The notes below the pieces were generated by a model. The model worked only from the letters and a program-made list of their open reading frames with translations. It was not told the origin of the DNA and made no database searches. Both the position numbers and the translations under genes were made by a program. From positions 582-64,581 of the forward strand of contig DASWBA010000067.1 of assembly GCA_036390825.1 (NCBI GenBank): 64,000 nt of DNA, read 5' to 3'. The DNA comes from Candidatus Dormiibacterota bacterium. GTDB taxonomy: Bacteria; Chloroflexota; Dormibacteria; CF-121. Shown in pieces: positions 56,367-64,000 of this stretch (positions are counted from its first letter, which is position 1; each line of letters opens with the position of its first letter).

Positions 56367-57264
56367 GGCTGTCACCTCCCTGTGTTGGGGTAAGGCGGTC
56401 GTACCAGCGCGCCTGCATCAGCAGGCCCAGCCCGGCAAGGTGCGCCTGCCAGGGAAAGCCCGGGGCCGAGGTGAAGCGCGTGGTCGGGACGGTGATCGTG
56501 AAATCGAAACGTTGCTCGGCCCGCTGGATGCCGTCGGGAAGGAACGCGAACCGCCCACCGAGCGCCAGTGTCGTTGTCGGGCTGATCGCGACATCGGACG
56601 CGGTGCCCCGCATGAATTTCACCAGCGCGTTCAGGGCGTGGGTCAACTCCTCGAGCTGCGCCTCGGGATCGTCGGATGAGGCGTCGAGGACGAACGTCCG
56701 GAAAAACCGAGGGCGGCCTTTGACCATCAGTACCAGCGTCGCCTCGGCGGCCGCCCACTCGAGGAGCAACCCATCCGAGACCCCCATGCCACGGGCCAGG
56801 GCCAGCGGCTTGAGGTCAATGCGCTCGACCTGGAGGCCGGCCGAGCTGACCGCCGCCACGATGGCGTCGATCATGTCGCGCCGAGCGGCTACGAGGTAGA
56901 CGGCGTAGCCGGTCTTGTCGCGGATCGCGTGCCACGCGAAATGGACGTCGGCCGCCTCCATCGGAACCTGGCGGCGACCTTCGAACTCCACCGCACGACG
57001 GAGCTCGCCGGCGGGCAACCGTGGTAACCGAAAATCCCGAAAGGCGGTGCCGGTCTCCGCGATGGCGAGGCGGGCCCGGGTCGCGGTGAAACCCCCGGCC
57101 TCGAGCGCGCTACGGAATGCCGTGGTCAGCAGCGGCGTCGGCATCCCGTCCACCAGCGCGCCGTCAGGGAGCAGGATCTCGGAATGTCGTGTCAGCTTCC
57201 GACCGCTGACCTCCAGGATCTTGAGCTCATGGGCCCCCAGGTCGAGGGCGAGGCGCGCGGTCAT
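56353..57264 (-). CDS. pilM: Type IV pilus assembly protein PilM (actin-like ATPase fold)
   Basis: LALDLGAHELKILEV...LRRAVEFEGRRQVPM...VYLVAARRDMIDAIV. ATG 57264 has a GGAGG RBS and an ATGA overlap with the upstream gene. Confidence 0.85.
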   Translation of the reverse strand: MTARLALDLGAHELKILEVSGRKLTRHSEILLPDGALVDGMPTPLLTTAFRSALEAGGFTATRARLAIAETGTAFRDFRLPRLPAGELRRAVEFEGRRQVPMEAADVHFAWHAIRDKTGYAVYLVAARRDMIDAIVAAVSSAGLQVERIDLKPLALARGMGVSDGLLLEWAAAEATLVLMVKGRPRFFRTFVLDASSDDPEAQLEELTHALNALVKFMRGTASDVAISPTTTLALGGRFAFLPDGIQRAEQRFDFTITVPTTRFTSAPGFPWQAHLAGLGLLMQARWYDRLTPTQGGDSRVAA

Positions 57265-57734
57265 TGATACGCCTCCCAGTTGATCGTCCACGACGCCTTC
57301 TTACCCGCGTTGGATGAGGCGATCTGGGCATTCAGCTGGCGGTTGGTCCCTGTGGCCGCCACGTTGATGTTGTAGGTCGGCTTCCCTGGCTTGCACCCCG
57401 GCGCGGCTGTGATGGTGACGCTGACCGTCATCGTGCCCGAGCTATAAGCGAGCGGGAAGTTTCCAGCGTTGTTGATGCAACCGGCGCCCTTGGCGGCCGA
57501 GTCGTTGATCTCGATCGCGTAGGCCAGACCGGAATCGAGGGCATAGGTAGTCCGCGTATCGGCGCGGACGCTCCCCTGGCCGAGGAATGCTCCGCTCGCC
57601 AGCGTGAGCGCCGCCCACACGACCAGTAGGAGAGCGGCGACGAACCCAAGCACGACGAGCAAGGCCTGGCCACGCTGGCGCGCGAGGCCCCCACCCTGCC
57701 CTCCCCCAGAGGGGGAGGGCCGATGGAGGCGCAT
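57261..57734 (-). CDS. PilX-N-like pilus assembly protein (membrane anchored, no prepilin cleavage motif)
   Basis: ARQRGQALLVVLGFVAALLLVVWAAL resembles the PilX_N/TadG-type anchor. The only available start (ATG 57734, TGATG overlap) puts a REP element into codons 5-16. Confidence 0.6.
   Translation of the reverse strand: MRLHRPSPSGGGQGGGLARQRGQALLVVLGFVAALLLVVWAALTLASGAFLGQGSVRADTRTTYALDSGLAYAIEINDSAAKGAGCINNAGNFPLAYSSGTMTVSVTITAAPGCKPGKPTYNINVAATGTNRQLNAQIASSNAGKKASWTINWEAYQ
57689..57719 (+). repeat. REP-like palindromic element, copy F (inside the 5' end of the PilX-like ORF)
   Basis: ccccaccctgccctccccc-aga-gggggaggg. Translated on the minus strand as PSPSGGGQGGG. Confidence 0.85.
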
Positions 57735-58201
57735 CAGAAGCAGCCTCCGGGTCGATTGCTCACGTTGAGGGTCGAGGCGGTTGACCCAACCGCTGACGGC
57801 TGGATGGTGACCGTCGCATAGCAACCGGCGACGGCGATGGTCACGCTGGTGATGCCGCGGGCGGCGACCTGGGCGGTTCCGTTGACGGTCCGGATCAAGT
57901 TGCGGTTGGCGTCGATGCTGTAGACGACCGTAATCACGGGCGATCCATGGGTCAGGGTCAGCGGCGTGGCCGAATTGATGGTCCCCGCCGTAACCGCGAC
58001 CGCGCTGCTCAGGTCCCGGACGAGCGACAGGCTGGCATCGCTGGTGGCGTTGTCGGCGGCGATGACGCGCGCCTCATTGCTGATCGCCCGAATGCCGACC
58101 AGGAAGGTACTGGCCATCACCAGGGTGACGATGCTCAGTATCGTGATCCCGATCAACGCCTCGACGATGGTGTATCCCCGCTGTCCGGTGGTCCGCGTCA
58201 T
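57734..58201 (-). CDS. Minor (pseudo)pilin with prepilin-type N-terminal domain
   Basis: MTRTTGQRG|YTIVEALIGITILSIV (Gly at -1, Glu at +5). Confidence 0.8.
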   Translation of the reverse strand: MTRTTGQRGYTIVEALIGITILSIVTLVMASTFLVGIRAISNEARVIAADNATSDASLSLVRDLSSAVAVTAGTINSATPLTLTHGSPVITVVYSIDANRNLIRTVNGTAQVAARGITSVTIAVAGCYATVTIQPSAVGSTASTLNVSNRPGGCF

Positions 58202-58575
58202 GGCTCCGCCTTCAGGAAGATCAGCGTTTCCCGTGCTCCATTCGGGCCATTGACGGTCAGAACCAGCTGTTGCAATCCAAGGTCCGGGTTGCCGGCAGCA
58301 AACCCCAGGACCGGGTCCCAGTAGGAGACCTGATAGGAGAAGGCAAAGCCGCCCGCCACCAGGTTGGTGTAGACGGCCGGACTTGGCGAGTAGGCCTGGC
58401 TCTTGATGTATTCCGCATCCGAGCGGGTCAGCAGATCGAGCGTGGTCTGCTGCCTGTGTCGCGCGGCGGCGATCGTGATGGCGGAGAAGGCGCTCAGGAT
58501 GCTGACGACGATGATCGCCAGCAGGGCGATGGCGACCATCGTCTCGATCAGGCTGACCCCGCGCTTTCGCGTCAT
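58198..58575 (-). CDS. Minor (pseudo)pilin with prepilin-type N-terminal domain
   Basis: MTRKRG|VSLIETMVAIALLAIIV (Gly at -1, Glu at +5). Confidence 0.8.
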   Translation of the reverse strand: MTRKRGVSLIETMVAIALLAIIVVSILSAFSAITIAAARHRQQTTLDLLTRSDAEYIKSQAYSPSPAVYTNLVAGGFAFSYQVSYWDPVLGFAAGNPDLGLQQLVLTVNGPNGARETLIFLKAEP

Positions 58576-59801
58576 TTCAGCGCCCCGACCAGGCCGTACA
58601 TGGCGGAGATGAGCGACACCGCGATGAATCCGACAACGATGCCGACGGCAACCGTCATCACCGGCTCGATCAAGGAGGTCATGGCGCGGATCCTGTAGTC
58701 GAGCTCCTCTTCGTAGAAATCCGCGGCCTGCTCGAGGTAGGTGTCGAGCGTTCCGGTCTCCTCGCCGACCCGCACCATCTGGGTCAGCATCGGCGGAAAC
58801 AGGTGGGTGCGGAGGAGTGGGCCGGCAAACCCCTCGCCGCCGGTCATCTGCTCTTTGACCGTCGCCAGCCCGCGTTGAAAAACCTTGTTGCCGGTGCCGG
58901 CGATCACAGCGTCGAAGGTCTGCCCAAGAGGGACGCCGGCTTTCAGGACCATGGCGAGCGTGCGGGAAAAGCGATTGAGCACCGCCGAGAGGACGATCGG
59001 TCCTATGACCGGGAGCTTTAGCGAGATCTGGTCTTTGGCATACTGGCCGCGCAGCGTCCGCAGCGCGATCACGATGGCGCCGACGATCGATGCGATGACA
59101 GCGCCCATCAGGAGGCCCCAGGCTCGGGTGAAGGCGACGATCCCGATCAGAATTCGGGTCGATAGCGGCAGCTTTACGCGAAATTCGGCGAAGATCTTGA
59201 CGAAGGCCGGGAGGGCGAAGAAGACGAGGATGATGACCACGGCCGTGGCGACGACGAGGATGACGGCCGGATAGATCATGGCGGTCCGGACACGACGCAC
59301 CGTGTTCAGGTCACGCCGCAAATAGCCGGCGAGCTCTTTGAGCGTCGCTTCGAGGTTACCGGTGAGCTCGGCGACCCGGATCAGGTCGACGTACAGGCTG
59401 GGGAAGACTTTCGGGTGTTTGACCAGCGAATCGGAGAGATTCTGTCCTCGCTCCAGGTCGTCGAGGACCGTGAGGATGACCCGCTTGAACAGCGGCGACG
59501 CCGTCTCTTCCGCGATGACCGTCAGCGCCCGGGTCATCGGGACGCCGGCGCCGACAAAGGTCGCGAGCTGACGGGTGAAGAGGATGAGGTCTTGTCCCGA
59601 GATCTGGTAGAGGGATGGAAAGTAGTCCGCCATCGTCTTTTTCGGCGGCGCAGGGTTGAGCTGGACGATCTTGAGACCCTCGAGCCAGAGCGCCTGCTCG
59701 GCGTCTGAGGTACCGGCGGCCTCGATCCGACCTTCGCGTTTCTGCCCACGTTCGTTGTAGGCCTTGTAGGCGAAGCTAGGCACTGTTCCCCTCGCTGACA
59801 T
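58572..59801 (-). CDS. pilC: Type IV pilus platform protein PilC (GspF family)
   Basis: Two T2SSF repeats, three TM segments, and a typical C-terminus ...VGFIAVSLISAMYGL. Confidence 0.9.
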   Translation of the reverse strand: MSARGTVPSFAYKAYNERGQKREGRIEAAGTSDAEQALWLEGLKIVQLNPAPPKKTMADYFPSLYQISGQDLILFTRQLATFVGAGVPMTRALTVIAEETASPLFKRVILTVLDDLERGQNLSDSLVKHPKVFPSLYVDLIRVAELTGNLEATLKELAGYLRRDLNTVRRVRTAMIYPAVILVVATAVVIILVFFALPAFVKIFAEFRVKLPLSTRILIGIVAFTRAWGLLMGAVIASIVGAIVIALRTLRGQYAKDQISLKLPVIGPIVLSAVLNRFSRTLAMVLKAGVPLGQTFDAVIAGTGNKVFQRGLATVKEQMTGGEGFAGPLLRTHLFPPMLTQMVRVGEETGTLDTYLEQAADFYEEELDYRIRAMTSLIEPVMTVAVGIVVGFIAVSLISAMYGLVGALK

Positions 59802-61503
59802 GCACCGATCGGATGATTTCGGCGATGGTGGTCACGCCTTCGTCGATCCGGGCCACACCCGCCGAACGAAGCGTCGTCATGCCTTCGCGGATCGCCTGTT
59901 CGCGGAGTTCCTCGTGGGGAGCTTCGCGGACCAGGAGCCGCTTGATCCCGTCGGTCATGGGCAACACCTCGAAGACGCCGATGCGGCCGCGGAACCCGGT
60001 GTGGACGCAGTTGGCACATCCGGAACCGCGATGAAAGATGAGGCCCTTGCCACCAACCGCCCGGTAGAACTCGAGCTCTTCCGCCGACGGCTCGTAGACC
60101 GAGGTACAGTCCGGGCAGTTGCGGCGGACGAGCCGCTGGGCGAGCACGCCAATCACGGCCGACGTGACCATGAACGACTCGATGCCCATCTCGAGGAAGC
60201 GGTAGATGGCACCGACGGCGTCGGTCGCATGCAACGACGAGAGCACCAGGTGCCCGGTGAGCGCGGATTGCACCGAGATCTCGGCGGTCTCCTTGTCGCG
60301 GATCTCGCCGACCAGGATGGCGTCGGGATCCTGGCGCAGGATGCCGCGCAGTCCGTTGGCAAAGGTAATACCTGCCAGGCGGTTGATCTGGATCTGGTTG
60401 ACGTCCTCGAAGGTGTATTCGACCGGGTCTTCGATCGTCATCACGTTCTTCTCGACGCGGTTGATCTCGTTCAAGGCGGCATAGAGCGTTGTCGTCTTGC
60501 CGCTTCCGGTGGGGCCGGTGACGAGGATCATCCCGTAGGGCGACTGGACCAGCCCGCGGAACAGCTTGAGCGTGACCGGCGAAAAACCCAGGGTGTCAAG
60601 TCGAAGGATGGAGCGCGACCGCTCCAACAGACGAAGCACGGCCTTCTCGCCCCAGATGGTTTCGATGGTGCCCACGCGGATGTCCAGGGGTCGTCCGTCG
60701 ACCGTCGTCTGGATCTGTCCATCCTGGCTGTGCCGCCGATCGACGATGTCGAGGTTGGCCAGCAGTTTGACCCTGGAGATGATGGGCGCCGCCAGGGTAG
60801 CCGGGAGCCTGGTGGCGTCGTGCAGCACACCGTCGATCCGGAAGCGGATCCGCAGGTGGTCCTGTTGCGGCTCGATGTGAATGTCCGAAGCGCGTTCTTC
60901 GGCGCCCTGGGCGATGATCAGGTCGACGATTTGGACGACCGGAGCGTCCTGCTTAACCTCTGCCAACCGGCGGTTCGCCAGCGTGGGCCGGTAGGTCTCC
61001 TCGAAAGAGCGCACGTGCCGATCGACACCGGTGCGCAGCTTGTAGGCCTGGGTGATCGCGAGGTCGATCTGCGACTTGACCCCGAGCACCGGCTTGATCC
61101 GCTTGCGCGTCAGTACCTTGAGTTCGGCGAACAGGGCCAGGTCGCCGGGGTCGACGGTGGCGACTTCGAGCTCATCCTTGTCGAGCCGGATCGGCAGGAT
61201 TGTGTGCTCGCGCGCGTACGACTCGGAGATCAGCGCCAGCGCTTCCTTTTCGACCCGGGCACGGGCGAAGTCGATCTGGGGCACGCCGAAGTGCAGGCTC
61301 AGGACTCGAGCGAGCGCCTTCTCATCGACCAGGCCCTGGGCGAGCAGCACCTGACCGAGCGGTCGTCGCTCCCGCCGCTGGACGGACAGTGCGGTCTCCA
61401 GCTGTTCAGGGGTCAGCAACCCGTTTTCGAGGAGCAACTCGCCCAGCCGCTTCTCCGGGCGCATGCCGAGGCGTCCGCCGGGCTGCCGCTCGACCGCGCT
61501 CAC
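59776..61503 (-). CDS. pilB: Type IV pilus extension ATPase PilB (GspE family) with an N-terminal MshEN-type domain
   Basis: Walker A GPTGSGKTT, Asp box TIEDPVEY, Walker B PDAILVGEIRD, His box SLHATDA, and a tetracysteine CPDC...CANC. GTG 61503 forms a GTGA overlap with the HTH gene. An alternative ATG lies at 61464. Confidence 0.92.
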   Translation of the reverse strand: MSAVERQPGGRLGMRPEKRLGELLLENGLLTPEQLETALSVQRRERRPLGQVLLAQGLVDEKALARVLSLHFGVPQIDFARARVEKEALALISESYAREHTILPIRLDKDELEVATVDPGDLALFAELKVLTRKRIKPVLGVKSQIDLAITQAYKLRTGVDRHVRSFEETYRPTLANRRLAEVKQDAPVVQIVDLIIAQGAEERASDIHIEPQQDHLRIRFRIDGVLHDATRLPATLAAPIISRVKLLANLDIVDRRHSQDGQIQTTVDGRPLDIRVGTIETIWGEKAVLRLLERSRSILRLDTLGFSPVTLKLFRGLVQSPYGMILVTGPTGSGKTTTLYAALNEINRVEKNVMTIEDPVEYTFEDVNQIQINRLAGITFANGLRGILRQDPDAILVGEIRDKETAEISVQSALTGHLVLSSLHATDAVGAIYRFLEMGIESFMVTSAVIGVLAQRLVRRNCPDCTSVYEPSAEELEFYRAVGGKGLIFHRGSGCANCVHTGFRGRIGVFEVLPMTDGIKRLLVREAPHEELREQAIREGMTTLRSAGVARIDEGVTTIAEIIRSVHVSEGNSA

Positions 61504-61691
61504 ACGGCCTCCCTCACCGGCGCTTCCAGCTGGCGCCGGATGTCCCGCAGGGAATCGAGGGTGAAACGAAGGTGCCGTCCGGGTGTGCGGAAAGCCGGCT
61601 GGATATCGCCCCGGTTCACCGCGCGGATCAGGGTCGACTTACTGATCCCAAGCCAGCGCGCCGCCTCGCTCGTGGAAAGCGCCGGCTTCAT
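61500..61691 (-). CDS. Small excisionase-family (HTH_17/MerR-like) DNA-binding protein
   Basis: LSTSEAARWLGISKSTLIRAVNRGDIQPAFRTPGRHLRF. First gene of the pilB operon. Confidence 0.75.
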   Translation of the reverse strand: MKPALSTSEAARWLGISKSTLIRAVNRGDIQPAFRTPGRHLRFTLDSLRDIRRQLEAPVREAV

Positions 61692-61759
61692 CTATTTCCC
61701 TCTAACCGGAGCAAACGCGTCAAGCGGCGCAAACCTGCGCTCGGGAGGGCCGAGGCGGG

Positions 61760-62848
61760 CTAAGCGGCGAGGCGGCGCAGTTCCTCGAGGTGCTGGGTGC
61801 GCGCCGCGGCGATGTTGAAGTCGACGAGGCCCGCCTTGACCAGCTCGCCGAGGCTTCGATCCATGGTGTTCATACCTTCCTTGCTGCCGGTCTCCAGCAC
61901 ATTGCGGAGCTGCCGCGTCTTGCCTTCCTTGATCAGGTTCTGGACCGCGATCGTGTTGAGCAAGATCTCGAAGGCCGCGACCCGGCCCGGCCCATCCCGG
62001 CGCGGCAGCAGCTGTTGATAGATGATGGCCGCCAGCGTGTTGGAGAGCTGCACCCGGACCTGCTGCTGTTGCTCGGCGGGAAAGACGTCGACGATCCGGT
62101 CGACCGCCTGCGTGGTGTCGTTGGTATGAAGAGTGGCCAGCACCAGGTGGCCGGTCTCCGCGATGGTGATCGCCGCGGAGATCGTCTCCAGGTCCCGCAT
62201 CTCGCCAATCAGGAGCACGTCCGGCGTCTGCCGCAACGCCGCCCGCAAGCCATCGGCGAAGGAGGCCACATCCGCGCCGACCTCGCGTTGCTCGACAATA
62301 CTGCGCTGGTGGCGGTATACGTACTCGATCGGATCCTCGATGGTGATGACATGGCAGGGGCGGGTCACGACGATGTCGTTCAGCATCGCGGCCAGGGTCG
62401 ACGATTTGCCAGAGCCGGTCGGGCCGGTCACGAGGATCAGGCCCTGGGGCAGCCGCGTCAGGCCCCGCACCACCATCGGCACGCCCAGCTCGTCGTAATT
62501 GGGGATCTGGTAGGGAATCAGTCGCAGGGCCATCGCCACCGACCCGCGCTGCTTGAAGGCGTTGATCCGAAAGCGCGCCTGGCCTTTCCAGTTGAAGGAG
62601 AAGTCGAGGTCGCCCCGCGCCTGGAAGCTGGCCCAGCGCTCGGGCGAGAGCAGCTCGCGGGCCATCTGCTCGACCTGCTCGGGACGAAGCGGATCGGGCG
62701 CGATCGGAACCAGGGCGCCGTCTTTGCGCATATTGGGCGGTGCGCCGGCGGTCAGGATCAGGTCGGACGCCACCTGCTCGAGCAAGACCTGGAGGTAGGC
62801 GTCGATGATCAGGGGATGAGGCTCAGCACGCTGGCCAGGAGCTGCCAT
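61760..62848 (-). CDS. pilT: Twitching-motility retraction ATPase PilT
   Basis: ASDLILTAGAPP, Walker A GPTGSGKSST, TIEDPIEY, PDVLLIGEMRD, TLHTNDT. Confidence 0.92.
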   Translation of the reverse strand: MAAPGQRAEPHPLIIDAYLQVLLEQVASDLILTAGAPPNMRKDGALVPIAPDPLRPEQVEQMARELLSPERWASFQARGDLDFSFNWKGQARFRINAFKQRGSVAMALRLIPYQIPNYDELGVPMVVRGLTRLPQGLILVTGPTGSGKSSTLAAMLNDIVVTRPCHVITIEDPIEYVYRHQRSIVEQREVGADVASFADGLRAALRQTPDVLLIGEMRDLETISAAITIAETGHLVLATLHTNDTTQAVDRIVDVFPAEQQQQVRVQLSNTLAAIIYQQLLPRRDGPGRVAAFEILLNTIAVQNLIKEGKTRQLRNVLETGSKEGMNTMDRSLGELVKAGLVDFNIAAARTQHLEELRRLAA

Positions 62849-62850
62849 TG

Positions 62851-63261
62851 ATGGACATCATGTGCAACCTGCTCGGCGCAGCCTTCTTGCTTCCGCTGGG
62901 GGCGGCGTTGGGCAGCTTCTTCGAAGTCGTGCTCGATCGCGTTCCACGCGGGGAGTCGCTGCTGTGGCCGCCGTCGCACTGCCGCACCTGCCGGCGGCGC
63001 CTGACCGTGGACGAGCTGGTGCCGGTGATCAGCTACCTCGCCCAGCGCGGCCGCTGCCGCGGCTGCGATACACCGATCGGCCGCGGCGTTCCGATCCGGG
63101 AGGCGCTCAGTGGTCTTGCCCTGGCCTTGCCCTGGGCGGTTGGCGGCTGTGGCCAACCGATCGCGGCGCTCATCGCCGGACTCGTGGTGCTGGTCGCGAT
63201 CTGGATCACCCAGGGCGTCCGCCAGGCACGCCGCTCGCCAGACGGTTCCGCCCGCAATTAA
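62851..63261 (+). CDS. Prepilin peptidase N-terminal (DiS-P-DiS, 2x CxxC) domain only; the A24 aspartyl-protease domain is absent
   Basis: GSFFEVVLDRVPRGESLLWPPSHCRTCRRRL...SYLAQRGRCRGCDTPI. The ORF ends after one further TM helix. TTG 62848 is also possible. Confidence 0.65.
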   Translation: MDIMCNLLGAAFLLPLGAALGSFFEVVLDRVPRGESLLWPPSHCRTCRRRLTVDELVPVISYLAQRGRCRGCDTPIGRGVPIREALSGLALALPWAVGGCGQPIAALIAGLVVLVAIWITQGVRQARRSPDGSARN

Positions 63262-63299
63262 GGCCGGGCTGGGTTCGTTATCCATGCTGCGGTGGCGGC

Positions 63300-64000
63300 A
63301 TGAATCTCTCACGGCCCCTGCTCCGCAGCGGGATCGGCGTGCGCCGCATCGTTGCGCTCGCCATGTTGTTGGCGGCGGTGGCGGCGGTCGCCTACCTCGA
63401 GCGACGGATCGGCGGGGAGCTGGACCTCCGCCTGCTCTACTTCCTGATCGTCCTCAGCGGCGCCATCTTGCTGCCGCGCCTGCTGGCCCTGTCGATTGCG
63501 GCCGCCGTCACGGTGGTCAGCGTCGGCATCAGTGGGGCCCAGGGTGTCAGCCTCATCGTCAACGGGCTCACCCACCTGCTGATGTATGGCTATGCGGCCC
63601 TGCTCACCAACAACTGGGAGTACGAGCGCCGGCGACTGATGCGGATGAGCCGGGTCGACGAGCTGACCGGGCTGCCCAACCTCCGAGCCCTCCAGGAGCA
63701 GCTCCCGTCCCGGCTCGGTCCCGCGGCGCGAACCGGGCGTCGGATGGCGGTGATGATGATGGACGTCGATGGCTTCAAGGCGGTCAACGACCGCCTGGGG
63801 CACGGCGTGGGGAACGAGCTCTTGAAGGAAGTCGCTAACCTGCTCCGCTTCGCGGTCCGGGTCGGCGACGAGCCATTCCGATTCGGCGGTGATGAGTTCG
63901 TCCTCCTGCTCTCCGATGCCGACGGCAGCGGGGCGAAGGTCGTCGCCTCGCGCATCCAGGAGATCTACAACTCGATGGGGCAGACCCTGCGCGGCACCGA
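63300..64000 (+). CDS. Membrane-anchored diguanylate cyclase (GGDEF), 3' end outside the window
   Basis: ATG 63300 is open to the window end, so the gene is absent from the ORF track. Three to four TM helices, then DELTGLPNLRAL...MDVDGFKAVNDRLGH...FRFGGDEFVLLL with I-site RVGD. Confidence 0.85.
   Translation, partial: MNLSRPLLRSGIGVRRIVALAMLLAAVAAVAYLERRIGGELDLRLLYFLIVLSGAILLPRLLALSIAAAVTVVSVGISGAQGVSLIVNGLTHLLMYGYAALLTNNWEYERRRLMRMSRVDELTGLPNLRALQEQLPSRLGPAARTGRRMAVMMMDVDGFKAVNDRLGHGVGNELLKEVANLLRFAVRVGDEPFRFGGDEFVLLLSDADGSGAKVVASRIQEIYNSMGQTLRGT

Noticed and set aside
63110-63838. The 242-aa plus-strand ORF and the 164-aa minus-strand ORF covering 63110-63838.
   Set aside because: A different plus frame, open from ATG 63300 to the window end, encodes a clean TM-plus-GGDEF protein (FRFGGDEFVLLL). 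The listed ORFs are shadows of that frame.

Overview
This is a densely coding, visibly high-GC (not computed) chromosomal segment with about 67 protein genes. I found no rRNA, tRNA, CRISPR array, transposase, integrase or prophage signal. Gene content suggests a monoderm, Terrabacteria-type bacterium (Chloroflexota-, Actinomycetota- or Dormibacterota-like); this taxonomic guess is inference only. Supporting content: HrcA/CIRCE, a sortase, a MarP-like CvpA-protease, an LLM-class oxidoreductase and a secretin-less type IV pilus.

Main blocks:
- 1-3.3 kb: Fe-S and formyltransferase genes, a receiver protein and an S1C protease.
- 3.3-8.9 kb: an envelope glycosylation cluster with alternating strands (DUF2079, GT2, epimerase, flippase-like, SqdB).
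- 8.9-13.4 kb: hpt, a CPBP protease, an LLM-MenA fusion, menG/ubiE and pgsA.
- 13.4-21.3 kb: a TetR-ABC exporter operon, codA and a cytosine permease, panE and plsY.
- 21.3-31 kb: a histidine kinase, thioesterase and acyl-CoA dehydrogenase, FIST with GAF-GGDEF-EAL, and a ChlD/ChlI pair.
- 31-43 kb: lepA-hemW, a DsbA-like gene, hrcA-grpE-dnaJ, ferredoxin with a CvpA-protease, aldose epimerase and pdxH.
- 43.7-52 kb: an orphan CpaF, a cupin, a sortase, a hybrid kinase with a receiver, nth and pfk.
- 52-64 kb: a compact type IV pilus operon (pilT, HTH, pilB, pilC, two minor pilins, PilX-like, pilM, a 49-aa PilN-like ORF, the major pilin). c-di-GMP enzymes bracket it on both sides.

Most notable findings:
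1. A DsbA/FrnE-like oxidoreductase has an in-frame TGA at the first Cys of its CxxC motif, followed by an fdhF-like SECIS hairpin. It is a candidate selenoprotein that the ORF track truncates.
2. A 31-nt GC-rich palindromic REP-like element (CCCCACCCTGCCCTCCCCC-N3-GGGGGAGGG) occurs at six loci. Two of those copies are read through as coding sequence.
3. A secretin-less pilus system appears to be under c-di-GMP control. It has a truncated prepilin peptidase and an unannotated mini-PilN.
4. A Gtr-like GT2/flippase/GT-C trio is linked to UDP-sulfoquinovose synthase.
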